Shown here: in pieces, positions 1 through 7,325 of the stretch
How positions within the stretch are numbered: the stretch's first letter is position 1
Layout: every line of letters starts with the position of its first letter
Assembly (NCBI GenBank): GCA_051532055.1
Contig: JAOPTX010000008.1
Coordinates: forward strand, 156,348 to 169,899
DNA length: 13,552 bases
Direction: 5' to 3'
Source of the DNA: Fibrobacterales bacterium
GTDB taxonomy: Bacteria > Fibrobacterota > Fibrobacteria > Fibrobacterales > JAOPTW01
Position numbers and translations under genes: made by a program
The notes under the pieces: model-generated
The model's input: only the letters and a program-made list of their open reading frames with translations
What the model was told of the DNA's origin: nothing
Database searches by the model: none

Positions 1-29
1 TTTTGTTTGTGTATATCTAAATTAATTTT

Positions 30-1670
30 TTACTGGTCAGTCCGACGAGATCTTTTAATTTTTATTTTTACATTCTCAATCCAGTCCGCAACTGTAGAGC
101 GAAAAGGACACAGCTTACGAACTGATGACCATTTTTTCAAAGCCAATGGATAGTTCTTATCTCGATATGCAGCAATTCCTTCATTCATAAGCTCATCACA
201 TTTTTCTTCATTATTGTTTTTATCTACAACTGGTTTTCGTCTACATTTCTTTTTGATCCTTCGAACTTTCTGATCCAAAATTGAGTTACCAGTATAATCA
301 ACCGTAATTTCACATGCTTCTTTTTCTCTATTTTCCTTCAATAGGCGGAGAATCTCTTTAATGTTGTCATGAGATGGAGATAGGTCTGCAGTAGATGCAT
401 TCTTAATTTTTTGTTGGAGATGTAATGCACCTATATCTTTCGGTTTAATGGAAAGCGCTTCATCAAGAATAAATTGTGCATCTCGAAAACATGCCATTTT
501 GAGTTGTTCTTCAACTTTAGCAATGAGATTTTTAAATCGCTTATTCTTTGAACGTGCAAGTCTCATCTCATCAATTCGTTCTTGGTATCTATCTAAAATA
601 GACTTAGGAGGCATAATCAGCTTAAGACTCTTTAAATAGCTCGCTGCCTTTTCAGGTTGTTCTTTCTTGAGTGAAAATTCAATAGATTTCTTAAGTTTAT
701 CAATCTTAGGTTTATTTTCAGTAGATGATATTAAATCAATTATAGTCCGGTGCCACCGTGACACTTGTAGTACTTCTGGATATTCTTTCTTAAGAGCTCC
801 AAATAGTTTTTCAGCTTTAGCATATTTTTTTTGTTCAAACAGTCCTATTCCTTGGGCAATCATCGATTTAAGGTAGTTCTCTCTATTTACCAGTATTTCT
901 CTATATTTTGCTTTAAAAAATTGATCTTTAGGAAACTGATAAAAAACATTTTCTAAAAAATAAATGATCTCTTTTTTATCATCCTCTTCTTCGAGCATAT
1001 CAAGTCGTACACGATAAAAGTCATAGAGTTCACCTAATTTTTGTTCTGCAAAATCAATTTTAATGAGAAGTATTTCATTATCAGGGTTATAATAAAGGGC
1101 TTTATACCACTCCTTAAGGGCTGATCTATACTCTGCCCTGTTGTAGAAGTCTTCTCCTACTGAAATAAAGCGTTTTTGTATATCTGTTATTCTTTTAGAA
1201 AGAGCTCTATACTTAGTTACTACAGAAGTACTGTTTGGTTGTTTTTCAATAAGTGCTGAATATATGTAAATCGCTTCTTGAAAATTCCCCTCTTTTACAA
1301 AAGTATCTGCAATTGCAATTGCTTTTAAAGGGTCATTTTCAAGATGTAGATCTACAGAATCTATCGGTGCATACCAAGAGTTCTCACCAACTTCTTCAGC
1401 AGCAACCCATTCACCAAGATTAAGTTTACATCGTCCCATCAAGATATCGACCTGCTTATGAAGGGGATTAGACGAGCGCATCTTTTTTAGTTCATAGAGG
1501 GCTTTTTTATAATCACCCTCTTTCATGAAACTCAGAGCAATGTTAAATGACTGAAGTTCATTATAATACTGGTTTTTAGGGTCATTGAGACGAAACTCAT
1601 CATACTGCTGAGCTGAAAGCGACAACACATTAATAAGTACAACAAATATTAGTTTCATCTGAAGATTCAT
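30..1670 (-). CDS. Exported tetratricopeptide-repeat (TPR) protein
   Basis: 546-aa ORF with an N-terminal signal-peptide-like segment (MKLIFVVLINVLSLSA). Many TPR-like helical pairs: GEDFYNRAEYRSALKEWYKALYYNPDN, GIGLFEQKKYAKAEKLFGALKKEYP, GIAAYRDKNYPLALKKWSSVRKLCP. The start could be the second Met (MKLIF). Confidence 0.8.
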   Translation of the reverse strand: MNLQMKLIFVVLINVLSLSAQQYDEFRLNDPKNQYYNELQSFNIALSFMKEGDYKKALYELKKMRSSNPLHKQVDILMGRCKLNLGEWVAAEEVGENSWYAPIDSVDLHLENDPLKAIAIADTFVKEGNFQEAIYIYSALIEKQPNSTSVVTKYRALSKRITDIQKRFISVGEDFYNRAEYRSALKEWYKALYYNPDNEILLIKIDFAEQKLGELYDFYRVRLDMLEEEDDKKEIIYFLENVFYQFPKDQFFKAKYREILVNRENYLKSMIAQGIGLFEQKKYAKAEKLFGALKKEYPEVLQVSRWHRTIIDLISSTENKPKIDKLKKSIEFSLKKEQPEKAASYLKSLKLIMPPKSILDRYQERIDEMRLARSKNKRFKNLIAKVEEQLKMACFRDAQFILDEALSIKPKDIGALHLQQKIKNASTADLSPSHDNIKEILRLLKENREKEACEITVDYTGNSILDQKVRRIKKKCRRKPVVDKNNNEEKCDELMNEGIAAYRDKNYPLALKKWSSVRKLCPFRSTVADWIENVKIKIKRSRRTDQ

Positions 1671-1792
1671 ATAGGGAATAGATTACGACTATTCATCAAA
1701 ATTTTATTATCTTAATGTAATAAAATATTTACCGTTTTTTTTCCATTAAGGTCAAAAACTCAATCTAATGTGATCTTTTAGCCCTGTAAATT

Positions 1793-2326
1793 ATGTTACG
1801 ATATTGTATAATACTTTTTTTCATCTGTACTAGTGCTTATTCAGCAAATTCAGCTGTTATTTCATCAATTATTGTCTCGACTCCTTCTACATTTACTACG
1901 TCTGACTCCAATAAAATTGTTAATATACAACTGCACTTTGACCGTGCGCTGCCTGACCGTTATCTCTTAGAATTTGATAATAGTGATGGAATTGATGAAA
2001 GTGAAACAAGTCTCTATCTTGTTTTTCGAAATACCGAATTTGATTTTTATACTCCAACTGAGAATCACGGCAATTGGCTACATGTATATGCTGATTCCAC
2101 TGATAGTTACCATTCAGATGTTCCTGTGACAGTTTTGAAAATAGATCTTACTCAAAAGGTTGCAGTAAAATCAAAATGGGATGATTCAAGCCTCACCTTA
2201 AGTTTTAGTGATAAACGGCATTATTCTAATGCGAACGATATGTATTGGAGCCTTCCCCTTACTGCACTTGGAGTTGCTTCCATACTTTTTTTAATTGAAA
2301 GTAATGTTCTTCCCGCAACTCAATAA
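1793..2326 (+). CDS. Hypothetical exported protein with C-terminal membrane anchor (possibly AMIN-like beta domain)
   Basis: 177-aa ORF with a signal peptide (…FICTSAYSA), a beta-rich core (IVNIQLHFD, LYLVFRN, VLKIDL, LTLSFS) and a C-terminal hydrophobic helix (YWSLPLTALGVASILFLI). It fills the gap between two minus-strand genes. The AMIN resemblance is by eye only. Confidence 0.65.
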   Translation: MLRYCIILFFICTSAYSANSAVISSIIVSTPSTFTTSDSNKIVNIQLHFDRALPDRYLLEFDNSDGIDESETSLYLVFRNTEFDFYTPTENHGNWLHVYADSTDSYHSDVPVTVLKIDLTQKVAVKSKWDDSSLTLSFSDKRHYSNANDMYWSLPLTALGVASILFLIESNVLPATQ

Positions 2327-3444
2327 AACAACCCTCGCCATACTATTTTGCATGAGACGCCGTATTTCATTGGCTTTACATAATAGGTACCGATATTTTC
2401 TCCATCTCCATCTCGGTCAATATTGAGACGCTCGACACCAGTATAATTTGCTGATACATCTTCCATCGCTAACTTATCTTTTTCATCAACATCATGAAGC
2501 CAAGAGGATAGATCTGTATCAAGTGCTAGAGAAAAGTGAATATTTTGTGCATAAAATATAAACCCTGAACTTAAAAACATTGGGTCTTCACCAAACTGAT
2601 TAAAAAAGCCATCACTAAAACGGCTTAAACGTGTCTGGTTTGAGAAGTCTACAAAAAACGATGATGATGTAAAATAATACTCAAGAGCTACATTAAACAT
2701 ACGTACTTTATCAAGAACTGGATTCAACGAAAATTTCATTCCATAATTTACTGATAACTCCAATGGAAATGGTGTGACAAAATGTTCAAAATTGAAGGTT
2801 AAGATAAAAAGACTACTAAAACTATAATCACTTGCAGTATAAATTTGATGTACTGGTTTCTGTCCTTCTATTGATTGATCTTTTGGAATATTTAATACAT
2901 TTTTTGGAAAAAAACCTCTATTTGGTGTACCTGTCGGAAATGAGACACTTCCAAGAATTGCAATATCGTAGAGTGGGTTATGTTTAAAAGGATACCGTAT
3001 TTTTAATAATAATTCAGTATCTCCCAAAGAGGGCGCATCGAGATCAGTAAGATTTGAAGACAGGGATTTCTCTTCTTCTGTTACATTAAGGTGCTCTTGA
3101 ATTATTGTAAATTCTTTGTACAAAGGAAGTGAAACCGAAGCCTCAATATATCGAGTAAGTGCTGTAGAGATAAAGGGTAATACCGTGAATTCACCAACAT
3201 TAGAAGCTGTTTGAAATAGCTTCGGCTTTTCATTTCCATAAAAATAAATTGACCGATCCTCAACCCTCCATACTGTTAGACGCCACTCAATACTTGAACC
3301 TAAAAAGAGAGTCCCCCGAGACATAGTTCGTGCAGAAAAAGTTTTTCCTTGCCCCAATAGACCGAAATTATTTGGATTCTCCTTAGCTCCAAAACAGAGA
3401 GAACTCATAACAAGAATGATTAAAAAAGTAAGTATTTTCACCAT
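2320..3444 (-). CDS. Outer-membrane beta-barrel protein (Phenol_MetA_deg/'transporter'-like; resembles the barrel part of FCB OmpA-family proteins)
   Basis: 374-aa ORF with a signal peptide, an N-terminal GLLGQGKTFSARTMSRG motif and GDTELLLKIRYP…IAILGSVSFPTG, which is typical of this barrel family. It has alternating amphipathic strands and an aromatic C-terminus (KIVWRGLFY). Its ATG overlaps the upstream stop (TAATG). Confidence 0.65.
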   Translation of the reverse strand: MVKILTFLIILVMSSLCFGAKENPNNFGLLGQGKTFSARTMSRGTLFLGSSIEWRLTVWRVEDRSIYFYGNEKPKLFQTASNVGEFTVLPFISTALTRYIEASVSLPLYKEFTIIQEHLNVTEEEKSLSSNLTDLDAPSLGDTELLLKIRYPFKHNPLYDIAILGSVSFPTGTPNRGFFPKNVLNIPKDQSIEGQKPVHQIYTASDYSFSSLFILTFNFEHFVTPFPLELSVNYGMKFSLNPVLDKVRMFNVALEYYFTSSSFFVDFSNQTRLSRFSDGFFNQFGEDPMFLSSGFIFYAQNIHFSLALDTDLSSWLHDVDEKDKLAMEDVSANYTGVERLNIDRDGDGENIGTYYVKPMKYGVSCKIVWRGLFY

Positions 3445-5948
3445 TAATACCTTACCCGAGGGGCGGCTCTAAATAATATGTGTTGATCAATAGAGAGATC
3501 ATCTTTACCTGTAGGAATAGAAAACCGAACTCCTTGATCTTCCCCTTCAGTTTCAATACTTAATCGACGCTTGCTTACAATTATTTTAGATGTGTTTTCC
3601 CCTTCAACGGTGATACTCGCTTGAAATTGTTGAGCAGTTTCGATTCCATATACTATTCTCTCTGGGTTTTCTAAATCATTCGCACCGGTGGTAACCAATT
3701 TAAATTGCTGAAGTTTATTCTTCTTTTCCTCGTCGCATTCTACAACAAGAGCATGGTACTTAGTATCATGAACAGTGAGACATTTTTCTGATTCACTGTT
3801 CACAAAAGAGTAGAGCTGAGGGTTTTCAGTTCCATTAACATACTCAATTCTCCACTGCTGACTTTCTGCACCCGTAACACCGGCAAGACTTAAAAGACTA
3901 TCAGATATATTTTGCTCTTCTATATGAATGGAGCTATTAGGCCCCGAAATAGAGTTATCAGTTGTAATTACGTATTCCATGTCGGGTCTAATAATTGGTT
4001 CTTTAGAAATTACACCAAAAATTTCCACTTCGGCAAGCTGTAAAATGGCAGTATCAAGCATCTGAATACGTATGTATCGTGCCCGTCTATTCAGCATATA
4101 CGTAATACTATCTCTTTCAGGTGAGGTCATTTCTTCTGGTATTGTATCATAAATTACAGTAATATCTTGGCCAGAGGTTATTAAATCAATGTCACGACTT
4201 AAGTCGTCTACATTAGTCTCAAAAGGATTATTTGAAACAATAACAACAAAATTATTAAGCTTCTCCTTCCAGGTATCAGTTCTATTCCATAATGTAATTG
4301 TACTTATAAATTGCTGATCATTGAGATCTAAATTCCACCATGGCGACTGGGTACCCCGTTCATTTTGGCCAAAATAGGTAGTTGTTACTGATTTGTTAGA
4401 CAAATCCCCATCAGTATTTCCATCTATAGCCATATCAGCATTTAAAGAAGGAAACTGTTTATCAGACTGATTTGCTATACCCAGGCGCGCAATATTTTTT
4501 GACTCGACCTTAAATGTGACACTAACAACAAGGGAGTCAATTGGCCTATTACCTCTTTGTTCTTTTTTTGTGCGAATATACAGTTTGATCGTTTCTGATC
4601 CAACCCAATTTGGTTCTTTTGGAGTCACAACAAGAAGAGAATCATCTTTAAGATAGGTTATATCAAGGTTTTTGGGCATATCATTATCTGTATCATACCA
4701 TATTACTTTCCACCGCTGACCAGACAAATCGTTAGCAATAAGGCTATCCAGTTCAGAATCGTATGCATAGTCAGTAATATCTAAAGTATCAAAATCTTCT
4801 CCTACTTTTATCGTATAGTTATAAACATAGGCACTATCAATTTTCAAATTCGAACTTACATTATTATATACTACAACTGCAATAGATTTACTGTCTGCAC
4901 GTCCAAAACTATTTTTCACAGTTATTGTCACCCATATTAGATCAATTTGTTCATTACCGATAGTTGACAATTGCAACACCCCTTCTTTAAGAAGAAGGGT
5001 ATCATATTTTAAAAGGTCATTTGTACCAAATGTCACACTAACATCGAGTGAATCGTAGGGGTGTTGTTCATCATAGATAAGGCTATCCAATTTAATAGGA
5101 TAGAAGTCTGTCCCAAGAGGAATACCAATGCCATCAATCGTTGCCAGATAAGGGCGCGTCTCTTCTTTAAAAATATTAAGTTTAAAAGGGAATTCTTCAG
5201 TTGTATACAGGCCCTTTACCACAATTTTACTTAGTTCATAATCACGTACATTGGAGTCCTGAGGAGTCCCCACCAAACACCATGTATTCGATGAATCAAC
5301 CAGAGATGTACATTCAATGAGTGAAATACCACCAATTTCTGAAACAAACTTGTTTGCATAATGGAGTTCTACCTCTATAGAATCATTACTACGGGAAAAA
5401 TCAAATGCAAGTTCTTGAAAATAAAGGGAGTCTGCAAAAGCAAATTGTTTAATTCTACTTGTTAAAACGGGTGCAGGAACAGAATCAGTATAATAATCTA
5501 TACAATAGGTGGAATCGATTACGGAACTGGAAGAATCAATAGTAGGTTCATAGCACGACTCTTTTGTAAAATTGAGGTTAATAATCAATGAATCCGAAGG
5601 TAACGTAAATAAGTCATCTATTTTAGCTAACTCATTATTTGCATAATAGGCATGTGCAGTTATCTGAAAAGTCTGTCCCTCTTTTGGGAAAAAAAATGTT
5701 GTTATTTTTGAGTCATGATCAAAATACAAAAATGTTGAGTCAACAAAAACAGAGTCTACAGAAGGAGACTCAAAATCAAGAGTAGTAATTTTTAAGGCTA
5801 CAGAGTCATATTTGAACTCATCACGAATAGGTTGTATATCTATTGATACGGTAACCTTATTTCGAACTGAAACCCACTCAGGTTCAGTTGAGCACCCACT
5901 TGATACCAAGTAAATAATAAATAAGAGAATGGGAAAAATCCACCTCAT
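3444..5948 (-). CDS. Surface lipoprotein with Ig/cadherin-like repeats, F-type lectin (discoidin-like) domain and ricin-B (beta-trefoil) lectin domain
   Basis: 834-aa ORF with lipobox LVSSG|C. Ig-like repeats: IPLGTDFYPIKLDSLIYD / IKVGEDFDTLDITDYAYD…VTPKEPNWVGSETI. F-type lectin at about nt 4496-4014: NIARLGIANQS…AIDGNTDG…PWWNLDL…WNRTD…ARYIRIQ…LQLAEVEIFG. C-terminal ricin-like QQW/QQF repeats with the pair KCLTV…VECD. SD-like TAAGAGGA upstream. Confidence 0.8.
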   Translation of the reverse strand: MRWIFPILLFIIYLVSSGCSTEPEWVSVRNKVTVSIDIQPIRDEFKYDSVALKITTLDFESPSVDSVFVDSTFLYFDHDSKITTFFFPKEGQTFQITAHAYYANNELAKIDDLFTLPSDSLIINLNFTKESCYEPTIDSSSSVIDSTYCIDYYTDSVPAPVLTSRIKQFAFADSLYFQELAFDFSRSNDSIEVELHYANKFVSEIGGISLIECTSLVDSSNTWCLVGTPQDSNVRDYELSKIVVKGLYTTEEFPFKLNIFKEETRPYLATIDGIGIPLGTDFYPIKLDSLIYDEQHPYDSLDVSVTFGTNDLLKYDTLLLKEGVLQLSTIGNEQIDLIWVTITVKNSFGRADSKSIAVVVYNNVSSNLKIDSAYVYNYTIKVGEDFDTLDITDYAYDSELDSLIANDLSGQRWKVIWYDTDNDMPKNLDITYLKDDSLLVVTPKEPNWVGSETIKLYIRTKKEQRGNRPIDSLVVSVTFKVESKNIARLGIANQSDKQFPSLNADMAIDGNTDGDLSNKSVTTTYFGQNERGTQSPWWNLDLNDQQFISTITLWNRTDTWKEKLNNFVVIVSNNPFETNVDDLSRDIDLITSGQDITVIYDTIPEEMTSPERDSITYMLNRRARYIRIQMLDTAILQLAEVEIFGVISKEPIIRPDMEYVITTDNSISGPNSSIHIEEQNISDSLLSLAGVTGAESQQWRIEYVNGTENPQLYSFVNSESEKCLTVHDTKYHALVVECDEEKKNKLQQFKLVTTGANDLENPERIVYGIETAQQFQASITVEGENTSKIIVSKRRLSIETEGEDQGVRFSIPTGKDDLSIDQHILFRAAPRVRY

Positions 5949-5956
5949 TTAGCTGT

Positions 5957-5985
5957 TCCTCTTATGCATAGTGTGATAAATATAA
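5957..5985 (-). promoter_or_regulatory. RBS (TAAGAGGA, 5964-5957) and candidate -10/-7 element TATATTT (5984-5978) for the 834-aa gene
   Basis: TAAGAGGA lies 8 nt before the ATG at 5948, and the same octamer precedes the GTG at 7304. TATATTT matches the element in the rplU promoter. Confidence 0.5.
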
Positions 5986-6037
5986 CCAAAAACACTCTGA
6001 ACCTACCGGAGATTTTAGCTTTTTAACCATAAATAAC

Positions 6038-6409
6038 CTATTTCAGCTCCCTTTCTAGGTCACTCTTAATGTGCTTATAGACATCTTGGAGTGTTTTAAA
6101 GTCAGTCTCCTTTTTCTTGACCATAGCGTCCCACTCATCCAGAGTATTTTGAGATTTTGATTCTAAATAACGAAGCTTATCTCTCATTGTATTAAGTGAA
6201 TCCTTAAGAGAGACTCTTTTATCAAGAAGCTCTGGATCATCAGGTATTCGTTCAAGGTTAAATAGAGTATTAATATACTCATCCTCTACATCTTGGTATT
6301 CTTCGATAAATTCACGATGCTGATGAACATCAATATGCGCCATATCATTTTGATACGAACTTGAACAACTCATTATCAGCAGTATTACACTAATCAAGAA
6401 TAGTTTCAT
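6038..6409 (-). CDS. Small coiled-coil lipoprotein (~123 aa; start revised from 6445 to 6409)
   Basis: A strong SD (GGAGGT, 6420-6415) lies 5 nt before the ATG at 6409, giving MKLFLISVILLIMS|CSS, a lipoprotein signal. The rest is helical and heptad-like. It overlaps the upstream gene end by 20 nt. Confidence 0.75.
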   Translation of the reverse strand: MKLFLISVILLIMSCSSSYQNDMAHIDVHQHREFIEEYQDVEDEYINTLFNLERIPDDPELLDKRVSLKDSLNTMRDKLRYLESKSQNTLDEWDAMVKKKETDFKTLQDVYKHIKSDLERELK

Positions 6410-7304
6410 ACAGTACCTCCGTATATTGAATACTTTCAAAAGCAAGTTCAGCCCCTGTAGTACGGTTAATCACCCTATTTGTATGCCGCTGATTATCTAC
6501 TTCTTTTACGATATCTCCTGTTGCTACATCGACCCAAATTGAATAGACCCCTTTACCTGTAGCAGATTTGAAATGTGAATTTTTAAAAAGCTCTCCACGC
6601 TCTGAGACCTTCCCATCTACCATTGCTGCAGCTACAAGCTGTTCAAGCATCAGATGATTATACATTGGTTTAACAGAGTAATATATTTTAAACGGCATCG
6701 TCTTTAAGCCGATAGTTTTTTCTAAATCCCCTGTAATTACAGAATCTATTGGTATAGAGGATTCATTGATAGCACTTTGTAATTGTGGTGTTACATTTGT
6801 AAGTACAGGAAACGTTCCAGAAAACATATGTTGTATAAAATAATAGTTCCGGAAATTACTTTCGAAAGAAGCGGTAAAGTCATTTTTACGAAGCTCATTA
6901 CGAAATTTATCAGGTACCGGCAATTGATCCACAACAGACTCATTAAATGTTTCAAAACCATTTAATGAGATAATACGTCCTCCAACAGAACAATAAGTGA
7001 TCGGCACCCTATAAGAGAGTTCTTGGGGGAGCGAATGTTTGTGATAATGCCGGGAGTTTTCTCCCTTAAAGCTTCTTGTAACACATAGAGTATCATCTCG
7101 CATTTCAGGTGAATGCAATGTAAATGTTTCGGCAATTGTTCCTACGAGTTCCGCTCCTCCATCACTTGTTGAATAATGCGTCAATCGGTTTTGTATTCGA
7201 GTAACCTCTGAAGGCATCTGTACAATTGTCGCTTCTAAACTAAAATAGCATGATGTACAAATACCCATGATAACAAACAGAAAAAGGGCTCTTCTCACAA
7301 TCAC
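6390..7304 (-). CDS. Hypothetical exported protein / probable lipoprotein
   Basis: 304-aa ORF with a GTG start and SD TAAGAGGA (7318-7311) 6 nt upstream. The N-terminus MIVRRALFLFVIMGICTS|C is signal- or lipobox-like. The C-terminal beta-meander GKGVYSIWVDVATGDIVKE is reminiscent of LolA/DUF6263-like folds (by eye). Confidence 0.7.
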   Translation of the reverse strand: MIVRRALFLFVIMGICTSCYFSLEATIVQMPSEVTRIQNRLTHYSTSDGGAELVGTIAETFTLHSPEMRDDTLCVTRSFKGENSRHYHKHSLPQELSYRVPITYCSVGGRIISLNGFETFNESVVDQLPVPDKFRNELRKNDFTASFESNFRNYYFIQHMFSGTFPVLTNVTPQLQSAINESSIPIDSVITGDLEKTIGLKTMPFKIYYSVKPMYNHLMLEQLVAAAMVDGKVSERGELFKNSHFKSATGKGVYSIWVDVATGDIVKEVDNQRHTNRVINRTTGAELAFESIQYTEVLYETILD

Positions 7305-7325
7305 TCACAATCCTCTTACATTAGA

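Noticed and set aside
448..876. Short plus-strand ORFs 448-639 and 667-876
   Set aside because: Antisense shadows of the TPR gene with no recognisable features.
6410..6445. Longer N-terminus of the 135-aa ORF
   Set aside because: The strong SD and the lipoprotein signal both point to the ATG at 6409.
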